DNA of 64,000 nucleotides from an uncultured delta proteobacterium (GCA_963804955.1 CAWDSQ010000026.1:147426-211425); one strand, 5' to 3'. Positions 19,772-31,900 are shown, counted from the stretch's first letter. Made by a program: numbers and translations. Notes: a model not told the origin generated them from the sequence alone.

Positions 19772-20781
19772 CCATGCTGTTTACACATGAGCTCTTTATT
19801 CAAAAATTGACCGAAAAAGCCCTGACGGGGCAGCCTGCCACCCGCGATGAGGCCGGGCGCATTCTGGCCATAGCCGAGCAGGCCGATATCATGCTGCTGC
19901 TTGCGCATGCCAATTGTGTGCGGCAGCACTTCCACGGTGACACAATCGACCTGTGCGCCATTGTGAATGCAAAATCAGGCCGCTGCTCCGAAGACTGCGC
20001 TTTCTGCGCCCAGTCTGCTCACTTCAAGACTGCTGTGCAGGAGTACCCGCTTTTGAGCACGGAAAAAATAATTGCCGCGGCAAAAAACTCTTTACACAAC
20101 AACACGCATCGCTTCAGCATCGTCACCAGCGGCAGAGGCGTTTCCGCGGCAGAGGATTTCGAGAGCATCTGCGCCACGGTTGAGCAGCTTGACGCCATGC
20201 CGGGCATGGCCCCCTGCGCATCCCTTGGCATACTTTCAGGCGAACAGTTTGCACGGCTGAAACAGGCAGGCCTCAAACGCTATCACCACAACCTTGAAGC
20301 AGCCGAAAGCTTCTACGGGTCAATCTGCACAACCCATCCCTTCAGCCGGCGGGCCGCAACCGTCAGGGCGGCCCGGGCGGCGGGGCTTGAGGTATGCAGC
20401 GGCGGCATCCTGGGGCTTGGCGAAACACCCACCCAGCGCGTTGAACTGGCACTCACCCTGCAGGAGCTTGATGTTGATTCCGTGCCGCTTAATTTTCTCA
20501 ACCCCATAGCCGGAACAAAACTGGAGCATCAGCCGCTGCTGCCGCCCCTTGAGATACTCAAGGCCATCGCCATGTTCAGGTTTGTCATGCCGAAAAAAGA
20601 AATCAGGGTATGCGGCGGCCGCGAGACAAACCTGAGAACACTTCAGCCGCTCATGTATCTGGCAGGAGCAAACGGCGCCATGACGGGCAATTATCTCACC
20701 ACAGCGGGCCGTGACCCGGCAACCGATGTCCGTGAAATACTGGATCTCGGCCTTGTACCACACATTCCGCAGCAGGTTTAA
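19768..20781 (+). CDS. bioB: biotin synthase
   Basis: CSEDCAFCAQS radical-SAM motif, CASLG, YHHNLE, CSGGI, GNYLTT. Confidence 0.96.
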   Translation: MTMLFTHELFIQKLTEKALTGQPATRDEAGRILAIAEQADIMLLLAHANCVRQHFHGDTIDLCAIVNAKSGRCSEDCAFCAQSAHFKTAVQEYPLLSTEKIIAAAKNSLHNNTHRFSIVTSGRGVSAAEDFESICATVEQLDAMPGMAPCASLGILSGEQFARLKQAGLKRYHHNLEAAESFYGSICTTHPFSRRAATVRAARAAGLEVCSGGILGLGETPTQRVELALTLQELDVDSVPLNFLNPIAGTKLEHQPLLPPLEILKAIAMFRFVMPKKEIRVCGGRETNLRTLQPLMYLAGANGAMTGNYLTTAGRDPATDVREILDLGLVPHIPQQV

Positions 20782-20787
20782 AATAGC

Positions 20788-21378
20788 ATGAAAATACTAT
20801 CGGCAACATTTACAAAAAGCGCGCATACCGCCGCACAGCTCAAAGGGCAGTCGCTTCCGGAAATCGCCTTCTCGGGACGGTCCAATGTCGGCAAATCATC
20901 GCTCATCAACTGCCTGCTCAACCGGCGGGGGCTTGCCAAAACAAGCTCCACCCCGGGCAGAACACAGGCCGTGAACTTTATCGATGTCAACGGCTCTTTC
21001 TCTTTTGTCGACCTGCCGGGCTACGGCTATGCCAGGGTTCCCGAAGCCCTGCGCAGAAAATGGGGAGGGCTCATAACGGCATATCTCGAAAACAGCCGGA
21101 ACCTTCGGCTGGTCATCCTGATTGTCGATCCCCGCCGCGACCCGACTGATGATGAAATACTGTTCATGCGCTGGCTGCTCGAACGGAGCATCCCCGCCAT
21201 TGCGGTACTGACAAAAATCGATAAAATCGGCAGGAATATGCGGCAGCAGGCGCTTGCAGCATGGAGAAAAAAACTGGGCATTGAAACAATACTGCTGTTC
21301 TCGGCGCTCAACGGCGAAGGCAAAGATAAAATCTGGAAAGAGATAAAAGGCTATCTATACGAAAAAACATGCCTTTAA
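20788..21378 (+). CDS. engB: ribosome biogenesis GTPase YihA/YsxC
   Basis: GRSNVGKSS, PGRT, DLPGYGY, TKID. Confidence 0.96.
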   Translation: MKILSATFTKSAHTAAQLKGQSLPEIAFSGRSNVGKSSLINCLLNRRGLAKTSSTPGRTQAVNFIDVNGSFSFVDLPGYGYARVPEALRRKWGGLITAYLENSRNLRLVILIVDPRRDPTDDEILFMRWLLERSIPAIAVLTKIDKIGRNMRQQALAAWRKKLGIETILLFSALNGEGKDKIWKEIKGYLYEKTCL

Positions 21379-21469
21379 CAAAGCCTCGCAGAGTTTGCTT
21401 AAAAATATCTTGACAACAAGGCTCTAAAATATTAAATTTTATTGCTTAATTTAACCAGAGGAGTCACCA

Positions 21470-21907
21470 GTGAAAAGTTTTATAGCTAAAAAAGAAACTG
21501 TCCAGCATGACTGGTACGTAATTGACGCTGCCGGCAAGACCCTTGGCCGTTTGGCCGTACAGATTGCATCACGGCTGCGCGGCAAGCACAAGCCGATCTA
21601 CACACCCCATGTCGACACGGGCGACTTTATTGTCGTCGTGAACGCAGACAAGGTACGGCTGACGGGCAATAAGCTTGAGGATAAAAAATACTATCGCTAT
21701 ACGGGGTTTCCGGGAGGTCTGCGCGAGCAGAATGCGGCCGATCTTCTTAAAAAGAAGCCGACAAGCCTGCTGCAGTTTGCCGTTAAAGGCATGCTCCCCA
21801 AAAACAGCCTTGGACGCGCCATGTATAAAAAGCTTAAAATCTACACCGGAGCAAGCCACCCCCACGAGGCTCAGAAACCGCAAACTCTGGAATTGAAAGG
21901 CATCTAA
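21470..21907 (+). CDS. rplM: 50S ribosomal protein L13
   Basis: [29 protein letters not shown]. Confidence 0.99.
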   Translation: MKSFIAKKETVQHDWYVIDAAGKTLGRLAVQIASRLRGKHKPIYTPHVDTGDFIVVVNADKVRLTGNKLEDKKYYRYTGFPGGLREQNAADLLKKKPTSLLQFAVKGMLPKNSLGRAMYKKLKIYTGASHPHEAQKPQTLELKGI

Positions 21908-21912
21908 AATTT

Positions 21913-22308
21913 ATGGAAGGTAAAAAGCACTTCGCTACAGGGAGACGCAAGACCTCGGTTGCCAGAGTATGGATTGAGCCGGGCCAGGGAAAAATAACTA
22001 TCAATGCCCGCACACTTGATGAGTACTTCGGCGGACTTGCAACCAAAAAGCAGATTGTTCGCCAGCCTCTTGAACTCGTAAAATTCACCGACAAGCACAA
22101 TGTTTTCGTCAATGTGTACGGCGGCGGACCTACCGGACAGGCTGAAGCAATCCGGCACGGCATTGCGCGCACGCTGATCCTCATCAACCCCGAGTTTCGC
22201 ACTATCCTGAAGCGGGCATCCCTGCTTACCCGCGATTCCCGCATTGTTGAGCGAAAAAAATACGGTCAGCCCGGCGCACGCAAGCGCTTCCAGTTTTCAA
22301 AACGCTAG
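21913..22308 (+). CDS. rpsI: 30S ribosomal protein S9
   Basis: [25 protein letters not shown]...QFSKR. Confidence 0.99.
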   Translation: MEGKKHFATGRRKTSVARVWIEPGQGKITINARTLDEYFGGLATKKQIVRQPLELVKFTDKHNVFVNVYGGGPTGQAEAIRHGIARTLILINPEFRTILKRASLLTRDSRIVERKKYGQPGARKRFQFSKR

Positions 22309-22326
22309 TATCTCTGCAATCACCGG

Positions 22327-22355
22327 AAAGGAAGGACAGTGTCCTTCCTTTTTTT
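22327..22355 (+). terminator. rho-independent terminator after rpsI
   Basis: aaaggaaggac-agt-gtccttccttt plus T-run. Confidence 0.8.
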
Positions 22356-22373
22356 GTTTAGGGGAGAAGCCAT

Positions 22374-23402
22374 ATGAGAGCAGCAATCATCGGCGCCACC
22401 GGGTATACGGGGCTTGAGCTTGTCCGCATTCTGTCGCGCCACCCCGAAGTTGAAATTACCGCCCTCACATCGGAGCGCTATGTCGGGCAAAGATATGACC
22501 AGGTCTATCCGGCCGTCGGGGCCATTGCAAGCCGCGTGCTGGAGCCGCTGAACCCGGATGCCATAGCAGGCCGGGCCGATGTCATATTCACCGCCGTTCC
22601 CCACAAAGAGGCCATGCAGGTGGTGCCCGCTTTTATCAACAAGAAAAAAAAGGTTATCGACCTGAGCGCCGATTTCAGGCTCTCTAATAAAGCTACCTAT
22701 GAAAAATGGTATGAGGCCCATACCGCGCCGGAACTGCTGGCAAAAGCGGTCTACGGCCTGCCTGAAATAAACCGTAAAAAAATAAAAAAAGCGCAGCTCG
22801 TGGCAAATCCGGGCTGCTACCCCACAAGCATCATTCTGCCCCTGACGCCGCTGCTGAAAGATGATTTGATCGACACCGGAAACATCATCGCCGATTCGAA
22901 GTCAGGCGTATCAGGAGCCGGCCGTTCTTTAAAGACCGGCTCTTTGTACTGCGAAGCAAGCGAAAGTTTCAAGGCCTACAGCATACTCAAACACCGGCAT
23001 CAGCCTGAGATAGACGAGCAGCTTTCCGGCCTTTGCGGCAAGCCGGTCAGCATAACATTTTCCCCTCATCTGCTGCCCATGAACCGCGGCATGCTGAGCA
23101 CTATTTATGTGACCCTCAAGCGGCCCATGAGCAGCAGCGCCCTGCACGACCGCCTCACGAGCTACTATAAAAATGAGCCTTTTGTGCGCATTCTGCCCGA
23201 AGGGACCCTCCCGCAGACGGGCTGGGTGCGGGGCTCCAATTACTGCGACATCGGCTTTGCCCTGTCGGGCAGGCGTCTGGTGCTGGTATCGGTAATCGAC
23301 AATCTCGTCAAGGGCGCATCAGGCCAGGCCGTGCAGAATATGAATATCATGATGGGCCTCAGGGAAACGATGGCCATCGACCATGTGCCCATGTATCCCT
23401 GA
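22374..23402 (+). CDS. argC: N-acetyl-gamma-glutamyl-phosphate reductase
   Basis: GATGYTG, DLSADFR, ANPGCYPT, SGVSGAG, DNLVKGASGQAVQN. Confidence 0.98.
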   Translation: MRAAIIGATGYTGLELVRILSRHPEVEITALTSERYVGQRYDQVYPAVGAIASRVLEPLNPDAIAGRADVIFTAVPHKEAMQVVPAFINKKKKVIDLSADFRLSNKATYEKWYEAHTAPELLAKAVYGLPEINRKKIKKAQLVANPGCYPTSIILPLTPLLKDDLIDTGNIIADSKSGVSGAGRSLKTGSLYCEASESFKAYSILKHRHQPEIDEQLSGLCGKPVSITFSPHLLPMNRGMLSTIYVTLKRPMSSSALHDRLTSYYKNEPFVRILPEGTLPQTGWVRGSNYCDIGFALSGRRLVLVSVIDNLVKGASGQAVQNMNIMMGLRETMAIDHVPMYP

Positions 23403-23418
23403 TTCGGGAGGCAGCCTG

Positions 23419-23622
23419 ATGGAATGCACGGCAGATACAAACAGCTCCTCATGCACCTGCACCTACAGCTCCTGTTCAAAACGCGGTAAATGCTGCCAGT
23501 GCGTCCAGTACCACAGGGCCGGCGGCGAGCTGCCCGGCTGCTTCTTCCCGCCCGATGCCGAGCGCACCTACGACCGCTCGCGCGAAGCCTATATAAAAGC
23601 TTTCTCGAAAAAACCCGCCTGA
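23419..23622 (+). CDS. small Cys-rich protein (DUF6485-like)
   Basis: CTCTY..C..RGKCCQCV.YH....ELPGCFF...AERTYDRS; GGAGG RBS. Confidence 0.8.
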   Translation: MECTADTNSSSCTCTYSSCSKRGKCCQCVQYHRAGGELPGCFFPPDAERTYDRSREAYIKAFSKKPA

Positions 23623-23640
23623 AAAGTATGGTGTAGCCAG

Positions 23641-23889
23641 AGCAACCTGGACCTTGAAGGCTACCTGCGCGAACAGGCTATAGATGAACTTTTTGTCTGC
23701 GGGCTTGCTACCGACTACTGCGTGAAAGCAACCGTGATCGACGCCCTGCGCCACGGTTTCAAAACCCTCGTGCTGTCAGATTGCATCAGGGCTGTTGATG
23801 TGCAGCCCGGAGATGGGAAGCGGGCGCTGCAGGAGATGAAAGCCAATGGAGCGGTCATTCTTACCTCAGAAACCCTCGATTTCACATAG
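23641..23889 (+). pseudogene. 5'-truncated nicotinamidase/isochorismatase (PncA-like) C-terminal fragment
   Basis: start-less frame missing from the ORF track: YLREQAIDELFVCGLATDYCVKATVIDALRHGFKTLVLSDCIRAV...MKANGA*. Confidence 0.8.
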
Positions 23890-24319
23890 GGGTAATCGCT
23901 CCATACCAATACGTGTAATTTAATCAAAAACCTCCTCCCCCTCTTGAGGCTGACAAGATCGAGGTGAAGTGGGTACTTGTAAAAAACCACACCTCATCCA
24001 TGCACTCCTAGAATTTAGCTTTACCTTAATCTAACAGAACAAATATTGCTTCTGGTAATGTGCAACCGCAGGGGTATGTCTTGTTTTGCATATTTAGAGC
24101 CGCTAATGTGTAATTTTGAGCAGCAGATCCTGGGTACAACATATGGTAGCCTCTTTGCTTCTTGAATAAAACTTGACTTCATCCTTTGTTGGGCTTTTAT
24201 TTAACCGTCAAATTGTTTTCATCATTAAAAACATTTAATGCATATATACTACTATTATATATGATAAATCTGCGCAGTGTCGTGTGAAAAAAAATCATAA
24301 ACTTTCATGAATCGGTATC

Positions 24320-26263
24320 ATGAACTTTCTGAAAAAGAGACTTTCCTTCCTCAGTCCCCTGCATCCCGTCATTATCTTTTATCTTCTTGGACTGGTAATC
24401 TTTTTTGTTTTCAGGTCAGCGCTCTGCCTGCAATATTATGCAAGAGTGATGGAGGTCGAAAACAGTCTTCTTAGCTTTGCCATAGGGGTAAGGGTTGATA
24501 CTATTCTGCTCTGTTATCTTCTGATGCTTCCGACATTTGCTCTTCTTATCCTTCCAGCACCTGTAATCAGCAAAATACGCTGGATATTCTCACTCTACTT
24601 TGCACTGCTTGTCTCTTTATTTGTATTTCTGGAACTAGCAACGTTCCCCTTTATGGCAGAATTTGATACCCGGCCTGACCGTATTTTTATTGAACATGCC
24701 GTACAGATTCGAGAGGTTGCGGGCATGATTCTGAAGGGGTATACGATACCGCTGCTTTTTACTGTATCGGTGACCCTGCTGATAAGCTGGGGCAGCTTTA
24801 GATTTTTTCAGGCAGTTTTTGAAGGCTTTATTCCTAATGGACTTGCAAAAAAAGTGCTCTTTTTCTTTATCATTACGCCACTTCTGGCTTATGGCGCACG
24901 CTCAAGTTCAAGCTTCGGGAATCCTGCAAATCCCAGTGATTTTGCATTTTCAAAGAGCCATCTGGTAAACCAGCTTTGTCTTAATACAACCTATAATCTT
25001 GTGTATGAGTATTTCAGCCAGAAAAATGCGGAAAAAGACCCTATAAAATTTTATGGTAACATGGATACGCAGGAAATGCTGGACAGGGTGCGCAAAACCG
25101 CAGGCATACCAAAACAGAGTTGCACAAACCCCAACATCCCGCTCCTTCATAAGCAGCAGTCAAGCGTACAGAGAACAAGTCCAGTCAATGTAGTTGTCAT
25201 AGTAGAAGAGAGTCTGGGGTCGGAATTTGTGGGCTGTCTCGGGGGGCCTCCCCTGACCCCCAACTTTGATGCTCTCAGTAAAGAAGGTCTTTTGTTTACC
25301 CGCATGTATGCTACCGGTACACGCACGCTCAGAGGCCTTGAAGCCGTCATTTCGGGATTTCTTCCCACGCCAGCTAAAAGTGTTTTTAAACTTGGACTGT
25401 CGAAAAGAAACTTCTTCACCATTGCTGAGCTTTTTGCAAGAGGGGGGTATATAACTGAGTTTATCTATGGCGGGGAAAGCAATTTTGACAACATGCATTC
25501 GTTTTGTCTGAACAATGGCTTTCAGCACATTTATGATGAGAAAAACATGCCGGCACCGGTCTTCAAGGGGAGCTGGGGTGTCTCGGATGAAGATCTTTTT
25601 GCCACAGCAAATGAGGTATTTAAATCTCATGGCGAAAAGCCATTTTTTGCGCTTCTGCTTACTACATCAAATCATGACCCTTTTGAATTTCCCGACGGCC
25701 GGATTGAACTGTATGAAAAGCCGAAAATGACCCGGAACAATGCGATCAAGTATGCGGATTATGCGCTGGGGAAATATTTTGAGTCGGCAAAAAAAGAGGC
25801 CTATTACAGTAATACGATATTTTTGATTATCGCCGACCACAGCACGCGGCTGGGAGGGAAAGATTTGGTGCCGATAGATAAATTCCATATTCCGGCTTTG
25901 ATTATCGGCCCTGATGTACAACCGGGAACATTTGACAAGGTGGCAAGTCAGATTGATATGCCGACGACCCTTCTTGATCTAATGGGGTTCAGCGCCGAGG
26001 TGCCCCTTATCGGACGATCCCTTGCCCATCTTTCTGACAGTGTCAAAGGCAGGGCAATCATACAGTATGGCGAAGACAATGTGTATCTGGAAGATGATCA
26101 GGCAATACTGCACCGGCCCAGGAAAGAAGCAGTACAGTTTGCGTATAGGGATGGAAGATTAATTCCAACAATGCTTGATCCTGAACTTTCAAAAAATGCA
26201 CTGGCACATGCACTGCTGCCGGGATACCTCTATTATAACTTTTTACACCGCCTGCCTGAATAA
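24320..26263 (+). CDS. LTA synthase/sulfatase-family membrane protein (phosphoglycerol transferase-like)
   Basis: about 5 N-terminal TM helices; IVEES, TGTRT, WGVSD, TTSNH, ADH. Confidence 0.92.
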   Translation: MNFLKKRLSFLSPLHPVIIFYLLGLVIFFVFRSALCLQYYARVMEVENSLLSFAIGVRVDTILLCYLLMLPTFALLILPAPVISKIRWIFSLYFALLVSLFVFLELATFPFMAEFDTRPDRIFIEHAVQIREVAGMILKGYTIPLLFTVSVTLLISWGSFRFFQAVFEGFIPNGLAKKVLFFFIITPLLAYGARSSSSFGNPANPSDFAFSKSHLVNQLCLNTTYNLVYEYFSQKNAEKDPIKFYGNMDTQEMLDRVRKTAGIPKQSCTNPNIPLLHKQQSSVQRTSPVNVVVIVEESLGSEFVGCLGGPPLTPNFDALSKEGLLFTRMYATGTRTLRGLEAVISGFLPTPAKSVFKLGLSKRNFFTIAELFARGGYITEFIYGGESNFDNMHSFCLNNGFQHIYDEKNMPAPVFKGSWGVSDEDLFATANEVFKSHGEKPFFALLLTTSNHDPFEFPDGRIELYEKPKMTRNNAIKYADYALGKYFESAKKEAYYSNTIFLIIADHSTRLGGKDLVPIDKFHIPALIIGPDVQPGTFDKVASQIDMPTTLLDLMGFSAEVPLIGRSLAHLSDSVKGRAIIQYGEDNVYLEDDQAILHRPRKEAVQFAYRDGRLIPTMLDPELSKNALAHALLPGYLYYNFLHRLPE

Positions 26264-26514
26264 GCTATATCGGAAATCGATAACTGTCGCCAAGAACCTT
26301 AAAAGTACAGATAGGAATAAGTATAACGGGGTTGAAGCCTGGCTACTACATATTGTGGCCAAGCCATTTTCTTAAAAAGTCCACACTAGCGTGTCATAAA
26401 TTTTTACAAAACATTCCTTGAATGTATTGCATATTTCTTCTGGTACATTGCCACTATTCTATGAAAGCAAAATTATCTTAAAAAAATTACCAGTTAAATC
26501 AAAATATTTACAGT

Positions 26515-27312
26515 TTACTTATCCCCCAGCAATTTCTGCGCATTCTTATAAAAAATCAGTTCCCTGTCGGCATTGGTCAGAAAATCGGCCTGCCGAACAG
26601 CAGCGATCAGAGGCTCCATATTGAAAATGCCGTCGGAGCCGAAAACCACCCTGGCGGCGCCGAGAGACTGCACGAGCTTTTTCAACGTCGGCAGCACCAC
26701 CGGATACCCCAGCACATCCTCAATCTGGTTGAGCGTCGAAATGTCAACCGACACATTGGGGGCATAAAGGCCTGCCATAATCAGATCCTCGACCCAGGGA
26801 TAGGCGGCATGGGCGATCACCAGTTTCAGGTCAGGGAAATCTACGGCAATATCATCAATATAGATGGGATGACAATACTTTAGCCTGCTTCCATCAGAAG
26901 GAGGTTTAACGCCCATATGGATCACTACCGGCAGTCCCAGAACCGCAGCCTTTTCATAGATGGGGTACAGTCGCTCATCATTGGGATAAAAACCTGAAGC
27001 CGGGTTAAGCTTTATACCCCGAAGGCCGAACGTATTGCACGCCCGGTCAATTCTCTCAAGATTTACTTTAATATCCCTGTCGGGATGCACAGCGGTAAAC
27101 CCGATAAAACGGTCGGGATGTGCTTGTACAAACGCAGCCGTATCGTCATCGGCAAGGTTGTCTTTGCGACTGTCTCCGAGCAGGCCGTAGTCTTTGCCAA
27201 GTATAATGAGCTGCTCAACCCCTGCTTCATCCATGGCTTCAAGATAGGCGTCAGCCTCCATGCGATAGGCTGACCCCGGCGGGCTCAAATGATTGTGAAA
27301 GTCGATGATCAT
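26515..27312 (-). CDS. amidohydrolase-2 family protein
   Basis: IDFHNH, GIKL, PVVIH, IAH, FGSD. Confidence 0.9.
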   Translation of the reverse strand: MIIDFHNHLSPPGSAYRMEADAYLEAMDEAGVEQLIILGKDYGLLGDSRKDNLADDDTAAFVQAHPDRFIGFTAVHPDRDIKVNLERIDRACNTFGLRGIKLNPASGFYPNDERLYPIYEKAAVLGLPVVIHMGVKPPSDGSRLKYCHPIYIDDIAVDFPDLKLVIAHAAYPWVEDLIMAGLYAPNVSVDISTLNQIEDVLGYPVVLPTLKKLVQSLGAARVVFGSDGIFNMEPLIAAVRQADFLTNADRELIFYKNAQKLLGDK

Positions 27313-27673
27313 GGCCGGACCTCCTTAGATAAACATTGAAGTTTTTTCCGAAAATATCTATGAAACCATTTAAAATGTCAACCTATTCAAGCACCAGGAA
27401 ACCCATCTGCATAGTGGCCTGTTAATCGAAAAAGTTGTGGCGTGTTGCAAAATCAGCTATGTTGAACTTGTGTCCACAGAAAAGGCTGGGTTTGAGCACA
27501 CAGCCGGTTCGTGCTAGCTTTCTCGGATTTTTACTATACAACTTCAAACATATACTACCAGTAGGCATAGGCATATGGATCAGCATATAATTCTAATGGT
27601 GGCGATTCCGGTTGTGACGGCGACCGTTTTTGTGTCTTCCACAAGCCTGCATGCTGCACGAGGAGTTTCGAAC

Positions 27674-28294
27674 ATGAACCTGCTGTGGGCTGCGGTCTGG
27701 GTTTCGGTATTCCTTCTGGCTGGCCAGTCGAGCGCGTCTGACCAGGCCCAAAAGGCGGAAACCGCCAGGGACAAGGCGGAGGTGCTGGAGGAGAAGGCAG
27801 CGCCCGGTGGGAATAAGGCGCTACCGACTCAGGCCCAGACCATCACCAAGCCCCAGGTGCAGGCCGTAGATTCGACCGGCGATGAGCCCATAGACGATGC
27901 AATCACCTGTCTTGCCCGCAGCGTTTACTGGGAGGCACGGGGCACTGGTGCTGCCAGCCTGGAAGCCATCACCAGTGTCGTTATGAACCGGGTCGGCCAT
28001 ACGGGCTTTCCAAACACCATCTGTGGAGTTGTCAAGCAGGGCCAGGAGGAGGGCGCCTGCCAGTTTTCGTGGTGGTGCGATGGCCGTCCGGATGACGCAA
28101 AGGATGATGAGGCCTATGCGCGCGCCAAGGAAATCGCCCGCAAGGCCCTCAACCGCCAGCTCAAAGACCGAACCGGTGGCGCCATGTATTTCCATAATCG
28201 TAAAACAGTTCCCGCCTGGTCCAAAAAATATATCAAGACGGTCGAGGTCGGCGAGCATGTCTTCTACAAACCTGCCGGCGGCGAAGCCAAATAG
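27674..28294 (+). CDS. secreted cell wall hydrolase (SleB/CwlJ-like)
   Basis: signal peptide; CLA..VYWEARG, VMNRV, FP.TICGVV.Q, CQFSW, GA.YFH, HVFY; AGGAG RBS. Confidence 0.9.
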   Translation: MNLLWAAVWVSVFLLAGQSSASDQAQKAETARDKAEVLEEKAAPGGNKALPTQAQTITKPQVQAVDSTGDEPIDDAITCLARSVYWEARGTGAASLEAITSVVMNRVGHTGFPNTICGVVKQGQEEGACQFSWWCDGRPDDAKDDEAYARAKEIARKALNRQLKDRTGGAMYFHNRKTVPAWSKKYIKTVEVGEHVFYKPAGGEAK

Positions 28295-28492
28295 ACTCTG
28301 CCGGTTGACATTGGTGCGGATTCGAAACTCTTTAAGCGGCATGAAGCTAAAATCAGGGTTCCGCCACTGTGTGTTTCGCTCCCTTGGCCACCCTGCCCTG
28401 CTTGTTTTACCGCGGTTTACACTGAAACCGCTTCATCCTCTTCCTGATGCATGCTTCCTTCTCATTCGACCGGTTCACCATGCCATCTCTGC

Positions 28493-28683
28493 TTAGAGCA
28501 TTTAACAGAATTACTATGACGCATAATTCATGTGTTTACGAGCACACCAGCCCTTGTCATTCTGGCTTGCCGGAATCATTTTTCTGCACACCAAAGGGAT
28601 TCCCGTCGAGCGGGGATGACAAAAAATGACGCCATACAGCTATCGCACTCAACTGTTTTCTGATTTACGGTTACAAGATTTAG
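28493..28683. repeat. ~190-bp MITE-like repeat, copy B (REP hairpin 28556-28620)
   Basis: similar to 5232-5413; TAG at both ends. Confidence 0.7.
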
Positions 28684-28925
28684 TGTGGAGGCTTCGTATC
28701 ATACCGGCCAGGGTTGCTTCATCTGCATGCCGCAGATTTTTGATTGCACATATCCTGCAAAAAGACACACCCCCCTGTTTAAATACCTTGTAATTAAACT
28801 AATTAGAATCTATGTTCTAATAAAGAAAAAAGGTCTCTTCCAACATCTCCAATAGCATGTTGTATTCAGCAGTAAATTTTGTCTAAATAAGGTTTCTTTT
28901 ATAACTTTTATTCAAAGGCTGAACT

Positions 28926-31900
28926 ATGCCAAAATTAATAAAAAAAGCTCGAAAAAATGCCTCAAAAGCTGTCACTGCCTCCAAAAAGAACCTCCCGGCA
29001 AAAACTAAACCAGCGCCCTCAAAAATACATGCGGCTGACAAAAAATCAGGTGCAGCAAAAAAGAAGCCTGGCAAAAAGCCTTCTGCTCCGGTTCAATCAG
29101 CAATGCTTCCCGTAGTCGGCATCGGTGCATCAGCCGGCGGGCTCAAGGCCCTTGAGAATTTTTTTGACAATATGCCCTCTGGCAGCGGCATTGCTTTTGT
29201 GGTCATCCAGCACCTGTCCCCTGATCACAAAAGCATTATGGGAAGCCTTCTTGAAAAGCATACAAAGATGAAGGTGCTTGAGGCTAAAAACGGCACAAAA
29301 GTTACGGCGAACTGCATCTACCTCAACCCGCCCACTACGAATATGAGCATCATCAACGGCACGCTCCGGCTTATGGAGCGCGGCAGTTCTCCAGCGCTCC
29401 ATCTGCCCATAGATTTTTTCTTCCGCTCCCTCGCCGAGAACCAGAAGGAACAGGCCATCTGCATTGTTCTGTCCGGCACCGGCACGGACGGCACGCTGGG
29501 GCTTAAGGCAGTAAAGGCCGCGGGCGGCATGACCATGGTTCAGCAGGAAGAAGATGCCGAGTACAGCGGCATGCCCCGAAGCGCCATTGACACCGGCCTT
29601 GTGGACTACATTCTTCCCGCAGCGAAAATGGCCGAAAGTCTTATACAGTACGCGCGGCACGCCTATCTGAGAAAGCCCCGGGAAGCTGAAAAACTTGATA
29701 AAAAAAACGAAGATTATGTCCAGAAGATATGTATGCTGATCCGGGCAAAAACCGGCCATGATTTTTCACATTATAAAATAAACACCATCCATCGGAGAAT
29801 CGAGCGGCGCATGGCCGTCCACAAGGTCGACAGTACCGCAGACTATGTCCGGCTGCTCAGTGAAAACCCGGCGGAAGTACAGGCTCTTTTCAAAGACATG
29901 CTTATCCTTGTCACCAGTTTTTTCCGGGACCCCGACGCCTTTAAAATACTGCAGAAAGCATTATCTGATCTCGTGGATAAGAAAGCGCAGGGTTCCTCTT
30001 TCCGCGTCTGGATGCCGGGATGCGCCACGGGCGAGGAGACCTATTCAGTTGCCATGCTGATCGCGGAAAGCATGGAGAATCTCAACAAACATCTGGTCGT
30101 TCAGATATTTGCCACCGACATTGATGAGGAGGCTGTCGCATACGCGCGCAAGGCCATGTATCCCGATTCTATAGCAGCCGACGTATCGCCCGAGCGGCTG
30201 AAAAACTTTTTTACAAAAGAGGAAAAAAACGTTCGCATAAAAAAACATATCAGAGAAATGGTGACGTTTGCCACCCAGAGCCTTACCCGGGACCCTCCAT
30301 TTTCAAAGCTTGACATGGTGGTGTGCCGCAATGTTCTGATTTACCTGGACGCCGAACTCCAGAAAAAGATATTTCCTCTGATCCATTACACGCTGAACCC
30401 GGACGGCATCCTTTTTCTGGGTTCAGCCGAAACCATCGGGAGCTTTACTGACTTCTTTACCCCGATTGACACGAAGTGGAAAATTTTCAAGCGTCAAAAA
30501 TGCCGACATGCCGCGAGCGCTGGAGCTGGCCGGAGCCGAACCCTACACCGTTGGTGTCGCACACAAGATGGAAAAAACCGCAAAGCTCACCGACCTTGAC
30601 ATCCGTGACATTGCCGAGATGGTCATCCTTAAAAAGTACAGCCCGTCCTGCGTTCTGGTCAACGACAAATATGAAGTTGTCTATTTCAGCGGCAACACCA
30701 ACAGGTACCTGTCTCAGCCGGTGGGTGTTCCCAACTTCAACATTCTGAAGATGGTCGACGAAAGCCTGCTCTACACTCTGAGCAGTGCCCTGCATACGGT
30801 TGCTAAACAGAAAACCACTGTAGTCTGCAAAGGCCTGCAGGGAAAGCAGAACAATGCGGACTATAGCGTTGATGTGACCGTCATGCCGGTTACGGCGCCC
30901 AGTGCCCGCGAGGGTTTGATGATGGTGGTGTTTGAAGACAGAACGCCGAAGGAAGCAGAACCCGAAGGAAAAAAGCCCGGCGCAAACAAAAAAGTGGACG
31001 CACGCATCGAAACGCTTGAGCAGGAACTGCGGTCAACAAAAGAGTATTTGCAGACCGCCATCGAAGAGCTGGAAACCACAAACGAAGAGCTCACGTCTAC
31101 CAATGAGGAACTGCAGTCGGCAAACGAAGAGCTGCAGTCCGCCAATGAGGAGCTTGAGACCTCCAGGGAGGAACTGCAGTCGACCAATGAAGAGCTTGCC
31201 ACCGTGAATGCAGAGCTTCAGACCAAAATCGATGATCTGTCCTGCGTCAACAACGATCTGAACAACCTGCTTGTCAGCACCGAGATCGGCACTATCTTTC
31301 TTGACAGCAGCCTGCGCATCAAGCGCTTTACCCCGTCGGTGGCAAAAATTTTCAACCTGATAAATACCGATATCGGCCGTCCTATCAGCGATCTCACGGC
31401 AAAGACAACCCATGAGGGCATTTATGCCGACTGCGGGAAAGTGCTCGCAACCCTGAATACGATCGAGAAGACGATAGGTGTTAAGAGCGGAGACTCCTTC
31501 AGCATGCGCATTCTCCCATACCGGACCCTTGAAAATGTCATAGACGGCCTTGTTCTCACCTTTACCGACATAACCGCCATTGTGAATGCCCGTGAAAACG
31601 CGCGCCTTGCCGCGGTGGTGAAGGATTCAAATGATGCCATAACACTGCAGGACAGGGAAGGTACTATCCTGGCCTGGAATCGCGGCGCCAGCCGCATGTA
31701 TGGCTACACCGAGTCAGAGGCCCTTGCAATGAACATCAGCAGCATGATCCCCGATGACAGGCAAAAGGAGTACTTCAAGTTCGTTCATGCTGTTTTTGCC
31801 GGCAAAGAGGTTGATTCCTTCAAAACCAGGCGAACGGCAAAGGACGGCCGCACGCTTGATGTCTGGCTGACCGTAACGGTCCTGAACGATAGCCAGGGCA

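Noticed and set aside
23620..23680. Selenocysteine readthrough at the TGA before the PncA fragment
   Set aside because: TGA falls at the natural end of the mini-protein, not at a Cys-equivalent position; no convincing SECIS hairpin
31060..31220. Periodic DNA repeats as a CRISPR-like array (also 51850-52440 and 58860-59030)
   Set aside because: Periods of 21 and 69 nt, or Thr codon runs, inside ORFs; explained by protein repeats, no unique spacers or cas genes
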